From Anaeromyxobacteraceae bacterium (lineage in GTDB: Bacteria > Myxococcota > Myxococcia > Myxococcales > Anaeromyxobacteraceae), in the NCBI GenBank assembly GCA_047602405.1, contig JASGHJ010000002.1:2336001-2400000 (forward strand): DNA of 64,000 nt, read 5' to 3'. Shown here in pieces: positions 48,488 to 58,810 of the stretch. Under the pieces are notes generated by a model. The model was not told the DNA's origin. It ran no database searches and worked only from the letters and a program-made list of their open reading frames with translations. The position numbers and the translations under genes were made by a program. The stretch's first letter is position 1. Each line of letters starts with the position of its first letter.

Positions 48488-49243
48488 ATGCCTCGCCCCC
48501 CCGCCCTCGCCGTCGCCCTGCTCGCCGTCGCCGGCGCCGCCTGCGACCCGCAGGCGAACGCCTCGAGCTACCGGGGCGAGCCGCTGTTCGAGTTCGACGG
48601 CTCCGTGGTCGCCGCCGCCGCGAGCGCCCTGCCCGACGTGGAGGTGGCGGTGGCCTGGCAGGACGGGAACGTCCCGGCGCTCACCTCGAAGGTCGCCTTC
48701 ACCGAGCGCAACCCGGTCTCCCGGAGCGGCACGACGGGCACCTTCACCGTGCGCATCTACGTGCCGCCGCCCTCCGCCGCGTACCTCGCCCTCGCGCCCG
48801 GCGAGCCCCGGCTCGGGGTGGCCACGCTGGGCGCGTTCCCTCCCGCGGGCGGGACCTCCGGGACGTCCGCCCCGCCCTACCCGGCGGGCGGGTTCTACTC
48901 CGCCTACGACCTGCGCCACTGGGTCGTCCACCTCGCCGCCGACGCGCCCGCGGGGTCGGCCACCGCCTGGTGGCTGGGCGGCCCCGCCGCGGCGGGCTTC
49001 CACCTCGTGGAGCTCACCGACGCGGGCTGCCCGACCGCCGCGGAGGTGGCGGCCTGCGTGACCGCGCTCGCCGCGCTCGGCGTGCCCGCGACCTCGACCG
49101 ACCTGCCCGCCGGCGTGGGCGGGGGCGGCGCCCAGACGCTGTGCAGCACCCGGTACCGCCTCTCCCCGTCCCCCGCCGCCGCCCCCGTGTCCTTCGAGCT
49201 CGGCGGCCCCTCCGGCGCGAGCGACCCCTGGGCCTGCCCGTGA
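48488..49243 (+). CDS. Hypothetical lipoprotein
   Basis: Hydrophobic N-terminus ending GAAC; GTGA overlap with the sigma gene. Confidence 0.65.
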   Translation: MPRPPALAVALLAVAGAACDPQANASSYRGEPLFEFDGSVVAAAASALPDVEVAVAWQDGNVPALTSKVAFTERNPVSRSGTTGTFTVRIYVPPPSAAYLALAPGEPRLGVATLGAFPPAGGTSGTSAPPYPAGGFYSAYDLRHWVVHLAADAPAGSATAWWLGGPAAAGFHLVELTDAGCPTAAEVAACVTALAALGVPATSTDLPAGVGGGGAQTLCSTRYRLSPSPAAAPVSFELGGPSGASDPWACP

Positions 49244-49728
49244 GCCTCGACCGCGAGGGCGTCGAGCGGCTCTACCGCGCCCACGGCGGGGTGGTGCTGC
49301 GCCGCGCGCGGATGCTGCTCGGCAACGAGGCCGACGCGCAGGAGGCGCTGCAGGAGGTCTTCGCGGGGCTCCTGCGCGCGCCCGACGAGATCCGCGACCC
49401 CGCCGCGGTCATCGCCTGGCTCTACCGCGCGACCACCCACCTGTGCCTCAACGTGCTGCGCGGCCGGCGCACGAGCGGGAGGCTCCTCGAGCGGCACCTC
49501 CGGCCGCTGCCGGCGTCGGCGCCCTCGCGCGCCGACGCGCTCGCCGAGGTGCGCAGCGTGCTCGCCGGGCTCCCCGCGGAGCTCGCCGCCGCCTTCGTCC
49601 ACCACCACCTCGACGGCATGACCTACGACGAGATCGGCGAGCAGCTCGGCTGCTCCCGGCGAAAGGTCGGCTACCTCCTGCAGAAGGCCGAGGCGCTGCT
49701 CCGGGAACCCGGGGAGAGGACCGCATGA
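49240..49728 (+). CDS. ECF RNA polymerase sigma factor
   Basis: DAQEALQEVF, AWLYRATTHLCLN, DGMTYDEIGEQLGCSRRKV. Confidence 0.9.
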   Translation: MSLDREGVERLYRAHGGVVLRRARMLLGNEADAQEALQEVFAGLLRAPDEIRDPAAVIAWLYRATTHLCLNVLRGRRTSGRLLERHLRPLPASAPSRADALAEVRSVLAGLPAELAAAFVHHHLDGMTYDEIGEQLGCSRRKVGYLLQKAEALLREPGERTA

Positions 49729-50450
49729 CCACCCCTGCCCTCGCGCGCGCAGGCTGGACCGCCTGCCACTCCGCGCTCCACCTCGACCGCTGGCTCGCCG
49801 GCGCGCTGCCCGCGCCCGAGGCCGCGGCACTCGCCGCCCACGTGGAGGGCTGCGCGCGCTGCGGGGACGCCGTGGCGGAGCTCCGGGCCGCCCGGGCCGA
49901 CCCGCTGCCGCCGCTCCGCGCGCCCGCCGCCGTCGCCGGGCCCGCCCCCGCGCCCCCGCGCCGCCGGGGCGCGCTCGTCCCGGCGGCCGCGGCCGCGCTC
50001 GCCGCCGCCGCGGCGGTGCTCCTCGTGGTCGGCCCGGGCCCCGTGGAGCGCACGAAGGGGGGCGCGGTGGCGCTCGGGATGTGGGTCCAGCACGGCGGCG
50101 AGGTCCGCCGGGCCGGCCCCGGCGAGGCGGTCGCGCCGGGGGACGCGGTCCGCTTCTCCGTGACGACGCCGTGGCCCGCGTACGTCGCCGTGCTCTCGGT
50201 CGACGCCGCGGGCCGCGCCTCGGTCTACTACCCCGACGGCGCCACCGCGGCGCCGGTCGCGCCGGGCACCGACGTCGCGCTCCCGCTCGCGACCCGGCTC
50301 GACGGCACCGCCGGCCCGGAGCGGATCGTCGGGCTCTTCTGCGAGCGCGCGATCGCGCTCGAGCCGGTGCGCGCGGGGCTCGAGCAGGGCGACGCGGGCG
50401 CGGTGCCCGCCGGCTGCCAGGAGACCCGTTGGTCCTTCGTGAAGCGCTAG
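49725..50450 (+). CDS. Zinc-finger anti-sigma factor with TM helix and DUF4384-like extracytoplasmic domain
   Basis: HVEGCARC (HxxxCxxC), TM segment, PGDAVRFSV..YVAVLSVD..G; ATGA overlap. Confidence 0.8.
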   Translation: MTTPALARAGWTACHSALHLDRWLAGALPAPEAAALAAHVEGCARCGDAVAELRAARADPLPPLRAPAAVAGPAPAPPRRRGALVPAAAAALAAAAAVLLVVGPGPVERTKGGAVALGMWVQHGGEVRRAGPGEAVAPGDAVRFSVTTPWPAYVAVLSVDAAGRASVYYPDGATAAPVAPGTDVALPLATRLDGTAGPERIVGLFCERAIALEPVRAGLEQGDAGAVPAGCQETRWSFVKR

Positions 50451-51997
50451 CCGCCGCGCTCGCCGCGGCCGTGCTCGCCCTGCCCGGCGCCGCCGGCGCG
50501 GAGCCGGCGCGGTACGCCGTCGTGGCGGGCAACGACGCCGGACTCCCCCCCGACGCGCCGCTGCGCTGGGCGGAGGCGGACGCCGAGCGGGTCGCGGCCG
50601 CGCTCGCGGAGGTCGGCGGCGTGCCCGCCGAGAACGTGGTGCTGCTGCGCGGCCAGGACGCCGGGGCGCTCCGCCGCGCGCTCATCGCGGTGAACGAGCG
50701 GGTGCGCCTCGCCGGCCGCGAGGCGGTGCTCTTCGTCTACTACTCCGGCCACGCCGACGCCGACGCGCTGCACCTCGGCGCGTCCGCGCTGCAGCTCGCG
50801 GAGCTCGAGCAGCTCGTGCGCGGCTCCGCCGCGACCTTCCGGCTGCTCGTGCTCGACGCCTGCCGCTCCGGCGCGCTGACCCGGGTGAAGGGGGGCCGTC
50901 CCATCCCGCCCTTCGAGCTCAAGGCGAGCGAGCGCGCCCCGGGCGAGGGCGCGGTGTTCCTCACCTCGAGCTCGGCGTCGGAGGACAGCCAGGAGTCGGA
51001 CGAGCTGCGCGGGAGCTTCTTCACGCACGCGCTCCTCTCCGGCCTCCTCGGCGCCGCCGACGAGGACGGCGACGGCCGGGTGACGCTCGAGGAGGTCTAC
51101 CGCCACGCCTACGCGGCGACGCTCCGCAACACGAGCCGCACCTGGGCCGGCACGCAGCACCCGACCTTCCAGTACGACGTGCGCGGCCAGGGCGACGTCG
51201 TGCTCGCCACCCTGCCCTCGACGGGCGGCGGCCGGGGCTGGCTCGCGCTCCCGGAGGGGCAGGACTGGCTCGTGTTCCGCGACTCGGCCGACGGGCCGGT
51301 GGTGGGCGAGGTGGCCCGGGCCGACCGCGCGCGGCGCCTCTCGGTGAAGCCGGGCACCTACTTCGTGCGCGGCCGCGGCGCCGACGTGCTCCTCGAGGGC
51401 GAGCTCGCGGCCACGGCGGGCGGCACCGCGGCGCCGGATCCCGCGCGCCTCCGGCGCACCGCGTACGCGCGCCTGGTGAGGAAGGGGCTCTCCGACCTGG
51501 GCCTCTCGGGCTCGGTCGAGCTCGAGGGGCGGACGCGCGTCGCGCTCTCCTCGGAGGGGCGCACCTGCACGGGCGCGGCGGCGGGCGTGGCGGTCGCGCT
51601 CCGCCCGCTCACGCTGCAGGCCCGGTTCGGCTGGTGCCGGAGCGGCTTCGAGCAGGGCCCGCTCCGCGCGACCACCGAGGGCTTCGACCTCGAGGTCGGC
51701 GCGACGCGGGTCTGGGACGTCGGCGCCGGCACCGTGGAGCTCGGCGTGCTCGCCGGGAGCGCGGTGCTCCAGCAGCGCTTCCGGACGCCGGGGGTCGCGC
51801 CGTCCCGCACGAGCGCGGCGCTCCAGCTCGCCCCGGTGCTCTCCGCCTCGCGAGACCTCGGCGCGCGGACCTACGTCTACGCCTCGCTCTCCGGGGCGAC
51901 GTACCTCTTCCGCCTCGAGGACGGCGAGCGGCAGTCGGTCCGCTTCGCGCCCTCGTTCGCGCCGCGCGGCGCGCTCGGGCTCGGCGTGAGGTGGTGA
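50429..51997 (+). CDS. Exported caspase-family (C14) protease with beta-rich C-terminus; start uncertain
   Basis: Signal-like N-terminus, YYSGHAD and LDACRSG dyad, ESDELRGSFFTH, DEDGDGRVT, C-terminal LGVRW. Confidence 0.85.
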   Translation: MVLREALAAALAAAVLALPGAAGAEPARYAVVAGNDAGLPPDAPLRWAEADAERVAAALAEVGGVPAENVVLLRGQDAGALRRALIAVNERVRLAGREAVLFVYYSGHADADALHLGASALQLAELEQLVRGSAATFRLLVLDACRSGALTRVKGGRPIPPFELKASERAPGEGAVFLTSSSASEDSQESDELRGSFFTHALLSGLLGAADEDGDGRVTLEEVYRHAYAATLRNTSRTWAGTQHPTFQYDVRGQGDVVLATLPSTGGGRGWLALPEGQDWLVFRDSADGPVVGEVARADRARRLSVKPGTYFVRGRGADVLLEGELAATAGGTAAPDPARLRRTAYARLVRKGLSDLGLSGSVELEGRTRVALSSEGRTCTGAAAGVAVALRPLTLQARFGWCRSGFEQGPLRATTEGFDLEVGATRVWDVGAGTVELGVLAGSAVLQQRFRTPGVAPSRTSAALQLAPVLSASRDLGARTYVYASLSGATYLFRLEDGERQSVRFAPSFAPRGALGLGVRW

Positions 51998-52014
51998 CCG
52001 CGCCGGGCGGCGCG

Positions 52015-52767
52015 CTACCGGCCCGCGAGCCCGCGCAGGTGCCCGAGCACCATCTCCAGCCCCTCCCTGCGCGTGTAGAGGTCGGGCGGCCCCTCGAGCA
52101 GCCCGTCGGCCATCACCCGCGCGACCTCCTCGACCGGCTGCGCGCCCGGCAGCGCGCGCGAGTCGGGGCCGCCGCCGAGCGCGTTCACGCCGAACTCCGT
52201 GGCCACGACGCCGGGCAGCACCGTCACGAGCCTCAGGCCGGGCGCGTCGTTCGCGAGCTCGAGCCGGGCCGTCTCGGTGAGCGAGTCGAGCGCGGCCTTC
52301 GCGGCGGAGTAGGCCGAGCGGAGGGTCGCGACCGGCACGCGCGAGAGCATCGAGGAGACGTTCGCGACCACGCCGGTCCCGCGCGCCTTCATGTGCGGGA
52401 TCGCGACCTGCATGCCGTACAGGGCGGACCGGAGGTTGTCGCGGAACACCACCTCGAGGTCCTCGTCGGTCAGCGCGAGCCAGGGCTTCGTGATGCCTCG
52501 CCCGGCGTTGTTGACCCACACGTCCACCCGGCCGAACCGCGCGAGCGCCGCCGCGAGGGCGCGCTCGTGGTCGGCCCTGCGCGTCACGTCGCCCGCCACG
52601 AGCTCGGCGGCCGCGAGGCCGCGCGCGACCTCCCGGAGCTTCTCCTCCCGCCGCGCCACGAGCACGAGCCTCGCCCCGCGCCGATCGAGCTCCGCCGCGA
52701 GCGCCGCGCCGATGCCCGCGCTCGCGCCCGTCACCACCACCACCTGCTCCGCCCAGGTCTTCGCCAT
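52015..52767 (-). CDS. Short-chain dehydrogenase/reductase
   Basis: TGASAGIG, NNAG, YSAAK. Confidence 0.92.
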   Translation of the reverse strand: MAKTWAEQVVVVTGASAGIGAALAAELDRRGARLVLVARREEKLREVARGLAAAELVAGDVTRRADHERALAAALARFGRVDVWVNNAGRGITKPWLALTDEDLEVVFRDNLRSALYGMQVAIPHMKARGTGVVANVSSMLSRVPVATLRSAYSAAKAALDSLTETARLELANDAPGLRLVTVLPGVVATEFGVNALGGGPDSRALPGAQPVEEVARVMADGLLEGPPDLYTRREGLEMVLGHLRGLAGR

Positions 52768-52862
52768 GGCCACCTTGTAGCGCAGCCCCGGCGCCCCCGC
52801 AGGGACGCGGGCGTCCGGGCGCGCGGTCCCCGGCGCGACCGGCGGCGCGCTACAACCGAGGC

Positions 52863-53465
52863 ATGGACGATCCCGCCCAGCCCGCCCCACCTCCGGCCCG
52901 ACCGGCGTGGTGGCGGCCGACCCTCGAGCGCGTCGCCGCCGGGACCGCCGTCGTGGTCTCGCTCGCCTCGCTCTTCATCGCGTGGCGGCAGAGCGACGTG
53001 ATGGAGCGCCAGCTCGCCGCGAGCGTGTGGCCGTCGCTCACCTACGAGCACGGCAACGCGGGGCCCGCGGGCGAGGACCTCGTCGTGCTCTCGCTCCGGA
53101 ACGGCGGGATCGGGCCGGCGCGCCTCAGGGCCTTCGAGGTCGCGTGGCAGGGCGCCGCCATGACCGACAGCGCGGCGCTCATCCGGGCGGCCTGCGGCGA
53201 CAAGCTGGGCGGCTACACGATCTCCACCGCGCCCGTGCGCGGCGTCCTGCCGGCGGGTGGGGAGCTCGCCTTCCTGCAGGTGAACCCGCAGCGCGCGGGC
53301 CGGCCCCTCTACGACTGCCTGAACAGGGCGCGCTTCGCGCTCGACGGGCAGGTCTGCTACTGCTCGGCGCTGGAGGAGTGCTGGGTCGCGACGTTCCGGG
53401 ACCCGGAGCCGCGGCCGGTGGCGGACTGCCGGGCCGCGGCCGCGCGCCCGCAGTACCGGGAGTGA
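52863..53465 (+). CDS. Hypothetical membrane-anchored protein
   Basis: Single TM, ASVWP, NGGIGPA, CYCSALEECW. Confidence 0.7.
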   Translation: MDDPAQPAPPPARPAWWRPTLERVAAGTAVVVSLASLFIAWRQSDVMERQLAASVWPSLTYEHGNAGPAGEDLVVLSLRNGGIGPARLRAFEVAWQGAAMTDSAALIRAACGDKLGGYTISTAPVRGVLPAGGELAFLQVNPQRAGRPLYDCLNRARFALDGQVCYCSALEECWVATFRDPEPRPVADCRAAAARPQYRE

Positions 53466-53486
53466 GGGCGGCGCGGCCGCGCCGGG

Positions 53487-53930
53487 TCAGTTCCTCATCG
53501 ACTTCGTGCGGTAGCCGCCGAAGGCGGTGCGGCCGCCGTACTCGGCCTGGAGCAGGTCGTCGATGTCGTCGGCGAGCTGGCCGAGGACGCCGCAGGCGCG
53601 CACGACGTGCTCGGAGACGAGCGGCTCGGTGGGCACGTCGACCACGCCGAAGATGGTGCGCTGGACGCCGACGAGCCGCGCGAGGTGGAGCTGGCCGTTG
53701 AGCGCGTTCAGCTGGTTCAGGAGCTTGTCGTCGAGCTCCACGTCGGAGAGGACCGGGGAGTAGACGCGCACGAGCGGCGGCGTCTCGAGCACGCGCACGT
53801 AGACCGCCGCCGAGCCGAACCGGACCAGGAGATCGCCGTCCTGGTCGGGCTCGAGCTCCGGGTTGTTGGTCGCCTTGCGCAGCTCGGTGAGGAGCGCGGC
53901 GCGGGTCTCGAGCACGTCGCCTGAGGTCAT
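53487..53930 (-). CDS. YbjN / T3SS-chaperone-like (CesT fold) protein
   Basis: DQDGDLLVRFGSAAVYV, LNALN, LADDIDDLLQAEYGG. Confidence 0.7.
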   Translation of the reverse strand: MTSGDVLETRAALLTELRKATNNPELEPDQDGDLLVRFGSAAVYVRVLETPPLVRVYSPVLSDVELDDKLLNQLNALNGQLHLARLVGVQRTIFGVVDVPTEPLVSEHVVRACGVLGQLADDIDDLLQAEYGGRTAFGGYRTKSMRN

Positions 53931-53939
53931 CCCGGAAGC

Positions 53940-54785
53940 TTAACCCGGGACGATCGCGCCCGTCAGGTGGGGCTTCACGCCGTCCCCGTCCTTGAGCGCG
54001 AACGCCGTGCGGGCGCCCTCGCGGGTCGCGTGCAGCGTCACCGCGCCGGGCAGGAGCACCGGCAGCTTGAACGCGGTCTCGACGGTGCACGCCCCTTCCG
54101 GCGCGCCGAGCTCCGCGACGCAGCGCGCGAGCGACCACATGCCGTGCACGATCGCGCGCGGGAACCCGAAGAGCCGCGCGGTCGGGCCGGAGAGGTGGAT
54201 TGGGTTCCAGTCGCCGGACGCCGAGGCGTAGCGGCGGCCCTGGTCGGCGGGGAGCTCCCACCGGGCGAGCGGCGCCGGGGGCGCATCCGGGGCAGCCGGC
54301 GGCGGGGCCTTCTTGCCGCCCCCGCCCGCGCCCGGCGCGCGCGCCAGCAGCACCGCCACCTCGCGCCACGCGAGCTCGCCGTCGTGGCGGACCTCGGTCA
54401 CGAGGTCGTACTCCTGGCCGCGCTCCGTGTCGCGCGGGCCCTCGATCGCGCAGCGCAGGTCGAGCGGCTCGCGATCGGGCAGCGGCCGGTGCACCTGGAT
54501 CGTGTTGCGGAGGTGCACGAGGCCGAGGAAGCGGACCGGGAAGCGCGGACCGGTGATGAGCGCGAGGTGGAGCGGGTTCGCGAGCGCGTGCGGGTACGTG
54601 AGCGGGAGCGCCCCCTCCCCGCGGAAGCCGCAGACCGCGCGGTAGGCGGCGAGGGCGGCCGGCGGGGGGACGACGTCGCGGGCCTCGAGCACGGCGCCCT
54701 CGACCCGGTGACCGGAGGGCGCGACCGCGGGGCGGCGGCCGAGGAGCATGCGGGCGTAGGACGGCCAGAGGGCGGGGAGCGTCAT
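53940..54785 (-). CDS. MaoC-family double hot-dog dehydratase
   Basis: LPLTYPH, GLVHLRN, YASASGDWNPIH, IVHGMW, FKLPVLLP. Confidence 0.88.
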   Translation of the reverse strand: MTLPALWPSYARMLLGRRPAVAPSGHRVEGAVLEARDVVPPPAALAAYRAVCGFRGEGALPLTYPHALANPLHLALITGPRFPVRFLGLVHLRNTIQVHRPLPDREPLDLRCAIEGPRDTERGQEYDLVTEVRHDGELAWREVAVLLARAPGAGGGGKKAPPPAAPDAPPAPLARWELPADQGRRYASASGDWNPIHLSGPTARLFGFPRAIVHGMWSLARCVAELGAPEGACTVETAFKLPVLLPGAVTLHATREGARTAFALKDGDGVKPHLTGAIVPG

Positions 54786-54954
54786 GGCCGTGGAGTCTAC
54801 GCCCATTCCGGCGCCGCGCGGGGCGCTGCGACGGAAGGTCTCACCCGGGGAAAACCGTGACCTCTGGTGAACCTCGCGCGCGCTGTCGCGCGGCCCTTGG
54901 TCGCTACCCGGACGGTCACGGCCCTCCCGAGGCGCGGCGGACGACGATCGCGGC

Positions 54955-55944
54955 GTGACGACGCGTTCTCAGCCGACGCCGGGCGAGGGGTTCTCCTCCA
55001 CGCCTCCGACGCACCGGCGGGTCTGGGTCGACCTCCTCCTCTACCCCACGCACACCCTGCCGACCGCCGCGGCGCCGCTGCTCGTCGGGATCGGGATCGG
55101 GATCCACGAGCGGGTGCCCGCGCCCCTCCCCGTCCTCGTCGCGTTCCTCGGCAGCTGGTTCGTGCACCTCGCGGGCGTGTTCACCGACAACCACGAGCTC
55201 CTGCGGCGGCACCCCGGGCTCGAGGAGCACCCCGAGCTCTCGGCGGCGCTCCGGGACGGCACCCTGCGGCTCTCCGGGCTCCGCGCCGCGATCGCGCTCT
55301 GCCTCGCGCTCGCGCTCGCGACGGCGCCGTGGCTGTACGCCCTCGGCGGCGCGCCGGTGCTCGTGCTGGGGGCGGTCGGCGTCGCGGCGAGCCTCGCGTA
55401 CCACGGCTGGCCGGTCGCGTACGTGCGCGCGGGGCTCGCCGATCCGGTGTTCCTCGTGCTCTTCGGCGTGGTCGGCGTCGCGGGGACGGTCCACATCCAG
55501 TTCGCCGCCGCGCAGGGCGCCCAGGGCGCGGCGGAGCCGTGGCGGCTCCTCGCGGGGCTCCCGCCGGCGACCTGGTGGGCCGGCCTCCCGTGCGGCGCCC
55601 TCGTCACGAGCGTCATGCTGGTGGACGACCTCCGCGACCGGGCCTGGGATCGGCTGAAGGGCTGGCGCACCGGAGCGGTGCGCTTCGGTCCGCGGGCGGT
55701 GAAGGCGGAGATCACCGCCCTCGTGGCGTTCGCCGTGGTGGGCCCGGTCGCGGCGTGGCTCGTCGGCGCGCTCGGGGCCGGGGCGCTCGCGACGCTCGCG
55801 GCGGCGCCGCTCGCGATCGGGGCGGTGCGCGCGGTCCGGACGGGCGAGACGCCCCAGGCGCTCTTCCCGGTCTCGCCGCGGATGGCGCGGCTCGCGCTCG
55901 TGCACTCCGCGCTGCTGGGGCTCGGGCTCGCGCTCGCCGGCTGA
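54955..55944 (+). CDS. UbiA/MenA-family prenyltransferase
   Basis: Multi-TM; DDLRDRAWDRLKGWRTGAVRFG second Asp-rich motif. Confidence 0.75.
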   Translation: MTTRSQPTPGEGFSSTPPTHRRVWVDLLLYPTHTLPTAAAPLLVGIGIGIHERVPAPLPVLVAFLGSWFVHLAGVFTDNHELLRRHPGLEEHPELSAALRDGTLRLSGLRAAIALCLALALATAPWLYALGGAPVLVLGAVGVAASLAYHGWPVAYVRAGLADPVFLVLFGVVGVAGTVHIQFAAAQGAQGAAEPWRLLAGLPPATWWAGLPCGALVTSVMLVDDLRDRAWDRLKGWRTGAVRFGPRAVKAEITALVAFAVVGPVAAWLVGALGAGALATLAAAPLAIGAVRAVRTGETPQALFPVSPRMARLALVHSALLGLGLALAG

Positions 55945-55969
55945 CGGCGCGACGCCGCGGCCGCCCCGG

Positions 55970-56917
55970 CTACCGGCTCGACCCCGCGACGTCCTCGGTC
56001 CCGCGCGTGAGCCACCAGGCGGCCACGATGGGCGCGGCGGTCACGAGCATCACCGTGAGCGCGACGACGTTCGTGATGGGCACCTCCCGCGGGCGCCCGA
56101 GCTGGTTGAGCAGCCAGATCGGCAAGGTCCGCTCGTGGCCCGCCGTGAACGTGGTGACGATGATCTCGTCGAAGGAGAGGCCGAACGCGAGGATCCCGCC
56201 CGCGAGCAGCGCGGTCGCGAGCTGCGGCAGGACCACCCGGCGGAAGGTCTGGAAGCTGTCGGCCCCGAGATCCATCGAGGCCTCGACGAGGCTCACCGGC
56301 AGCCGCCGCAGCCGGGCCACGACGTTGTTGTAGACGACCACCACGCAGAAGGTCGCGTGGCCGACCGCGATGGTCCAGAAGCCCGTGTCCACCTCGGCGA
56401 GCCGGAACGCGGAGAGGAGCGCGATGCCGGTGATGATGCCGGGCAGCGCGATCGGGAGGATGAAGACGAGGGTGATGGCGTCCTTCGCCGGGAAGCGCCG
56501 GCGGGCGAGCGCGAGCGCCGCGAGGGTCCCGAGCACGAGCGCGAGGAGCGTCGCGAGGAGCGCGATGCGCGCCGAGAGCGAGATGGCCGCGAGCACGTCC
56601 TCGCGCGCCGCCGCCCGCGCGAACCAGCGCAGCGTGAACCCGCGCGGCGGGAAGGAGAACGCGCTCTCCTCCGTGTTGAAGGCGTAGAGCGCGACCACGA
56701 GGATCGGGAAGTGCAGGAAGGCGATGCCGCCCCAGGCCAGCACGGAGAGCCAGAGCGGCGCGCGCGGGCGGTCCGTGGGACCGATCCGGGGCGGGGCCCC
56801 CGCGAGCTTCGCTCGACGAGGCGGGGGCGTTGCCCCCGGAAGCCCGATCCGGGGTGGGGCCCCGGCGAGCTTCGCTCGACGGGGCGGGGGCGTTGCCCCC
56901 GGAAGCTCAGAGCGCAT
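55970..56917 (-). CDS. ydcV: ABC permease YdcV/PotC-like with 42-aa repeat insertion at the N-terminus
   Basis: [55 protein letters not shown]. Confidence 0.88.
   Translation of the reverse strand: MRSELPGATPPPRRAKLAGAPPRIGLPGATPPPRRAKLAGAPPRIGPTDRPRAPLWLSVLAWGGIAFLHFPILVVALYAFNTEESAFSFPPRGFTLRWFARAAAREDVLAAISLSARIALLATLLALVLGTLAALALARRRFPAKDAITLVFILPIALPGIITGIALLSAFRLAEVDTGFWTIAVGHATFCVVVVYNNVVARLRRLPVSLVEASMDLGADSFQTFRRVVLPQLATALLAGGILAFGLSFDEIIVTTFTAGHERTLPIWLLNQLGRPREVPITNVVALTVMLVTAAPIVAAWWLTRGTEDVAGSSR
56780..56905. repeat. Two tandem 63-bp palindromic units (family C), in-frame in ydcV
   Basis: 56780-56842 and 56843-56905, 4 differences; hairpins cgagc-ttc-gctcg and gggggc-gtt-gccccc. 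Confidence 0.92.
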
Positions 56918-57812
56918 CGAACGCCCCCAGCCGGCGCGCGGCGACGAGGTAGAGGGAGACGATCGCGATGGGCACGACCGTGAAGGCCGCGGCGAGCGGC
57001 ACGTTCCCCACCGAGCCCTGCAGCGTGTAGACCATCGTGCCGATCTGCAGCCCCGGCGGGCCGACGAGCTGCGGGATGATGTAGTCGCCGAGCGTGAGGG
57101 AGAACGTGAAGATCGAGCCCGCCACCACGCCCGGGAATGCGAGCGGCAGGAGCACCCGCCGGAACGTCTGGCCCGGGCGGGCGCCGAGGTCGGCCGAGGC
57201 CTGCAGGAGGTTCTCCGGCACGCGCTCGATGGCCGCCTGCGTGGGCAGGATCATGTACGGCAGCCAGACGTAGGTGAAGACGAGGAACCGCCCCAGGTTC
57301 GAGGTGGAGAGCGAGGACCCGCCCACCACCGGCAGCGCCAGCACCGCCTCGAGCGCCGGCACGAGGCCGAGCCGGTCGAGGGTCCAGTACACCACCCCGC
57401 CCTTCGCGAGGATCACCGTCCAGGCGTACGCCTTCACGATGTAGCTCGCCCACATCGGGAGCATCACCGCGACGTACAGGAAGCCCCTGAGGCCGCCGCG
57501 CGCGTACCGCGCCATGTAGTAGGCGATGGGGAAGCCCAGCACGGCGCAGGCGAGCGTGACCGCGCCCGCCATCCCCACCGTGCGCAGCACGATGTCGAGG
57601 TTCGCGGCCTGGAGGAGCTTCGCGTAGTTCGCCCCGGTGAGCGCGGGCGAGACCGTCATCGCGAAGTCGTCGAAGGTGTACGTGCTCTGCCAGACGAGCG
57701 CGCCCAGCGAGCCGAGGTAGACGACCCCGAACCACAGGAGCGGCGGCACGAGCAGGAGGAGGAGCTGCGCGCCGCTCCGGCGGTACAGCCAGGTGGAGAG
57801 CGCGCCGGTCAC
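56907..57812 (-). CDS. ydcU: ABC permease YdcU/PotB-like
   Basis: [43 protein letters not shown]. Confidence 0.88.
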   Translation of the reverse strand: MTGALSTWLYRRSGAQLLLLLVPPLLWFGVVYLGSLGALVWQSTYTFDDFAMTVSPALTGANYAKLLQAANLDIVLRTVGMAGAVTLACAVLGFPIAYYMARYARGGLRGFLYVAVMLPMWASYIVKAYAWTVILAKGGVVYWTLDRLGLVPALEAVLALPVVGGSSLSTSNLGRFLVFTYVWLPYMILPTQAAIERVPENLLQASADLGARPGQTFRRVLLPLAFPGVVAGSIFTFSLTLGDYIIPQLVGPPGLQIGTMVYTLQGSVGNVPLAAAFTVVPIAIVSLYLVAARRLGAFDAL

Positions 57813-58810
57813 GCGGGGTCGAGCTCCACCATCGCCGCTCGCGCCCAGGCGAGCCGCACCGGCTCGCCTTCCCGCGGCGCCTCCCCGGCCTCGCTCGCGA
57901 GCGCGACCGTGAGCACCGCGCCGTCCACCTCGACCTCGAAGCGGCTCGTGGGGCCGTGGTACTGCACGTCGAGGAGCCTGCCCTCGACGCCGACCTCCGT
58001 GCCGGCGGGCGCCCCGAAGCGGATGTGCTCCGGCCGGATCGACACCGGCCGCTCGCCGCCCGTCACCCGGCGGGCGAGCGCGCCCTCGAGGACGTTGGCC
58101 GTGCCGACGAAGGATGCGACGAACCGGGTGCGGGGCCGCCCGTACAGCCCGCGCGGCGTGTCGACCTGCTCGATGCGCCCACGGTTGAAGACCGCGATCC
58201 GGTCGGACATCGACAGGGCCTCGCCCTGGTCGTGCGTGACGTAGACGAAGGTGATCCCGAGCCGGCGCTGCAGCCCCTTGAGCTCGGTCTGCATGCGCTC
58301 GCGGAGCTTCAGGTCGAGGGCCCCGAGCGGCTCGTCGAGGAGCAGCACCCGGGGCCGGTTCACGAGCGCGCGGGCGAGGGCGACGCGCTGCCGCTGGCCG
58401 CCCGAGAGCTGCCCCGGGCGCCGCTCGCCGAGCCCGGAGAGCGCCACGAGCTCGAGCGCGGCCTCCGCCTCGCGGGCGCGCTCGGCCCGGCCGACCCCCT
58501 TCACCGCGAGGCCGTACGCGACGTTCTCGAGCACGGAGAGGTGCGGGAAGAGCGCGTAGTCCTGGAACACCGTGTTGACGTCGCGCTCGTACGGCGGGAG
58601 CCGCGAGGCGTCGACGCCGTGGAGCGCGAGGGTCCCCGCCCCCGGGAGCTCGAACCCGGCGATGAGCCTGAGGCAGGTGGTCTTGCCCGAGCCGGAGGGG
58701 CCGAGGAGCGAGAAGAACTCGCCGTCCTCGATGGACAGCGAGATCCCGTCCACGGCCCTCACCGGCCCGTAATGGCGTGAGACGTCCCTGAGCTCTACGG
58801 CGACGCTCAC
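57809..58810 (-). CDS. ydcT: ABC ATPase YdcT/PotA-like
   Basis: GPSGSGKTT, VFQDYALFPH, LSGGQRQR, LLLDEPLGALD. Confidence 0.9.
   Translation of the reverse strand: MSVAVELRDVSRHYGPVRAVDGISLSIEDGEFFSLLGPSGSGKTTCLRLIAGFELPGAGTLALHGVDASRLPPYERDVNTVFQDYALFPHLSVLENVAYGLAVKGVGRAERAREAEAALELVALSGLGERRPGQLSGGQRQRVALARALVNRPRVLLLDEPLGALDLKLRERMQTELKGLQRRLGITFVYVTHDQGEALSMSDRIAVFNRGRIEQVDTPRGLYGRPRTRFVASFVGTANVLEGALARRVTGGERPVSIRPEHIRFGAPAGTEVGVEGRLLDVQYHGPTSRFEVEVDGAVLTVALASEAGEAPREGEPVRLAWARAAMVELDPA

Noticed and set aside
53487..53930. Type III secretion locus
   Set aside because: Lone chaperone-fold gene with no secretion apparatus genes nearby
56780..56905. CRISPR array
   Set aside because: Two adjacent units with no spacers and no cas genes
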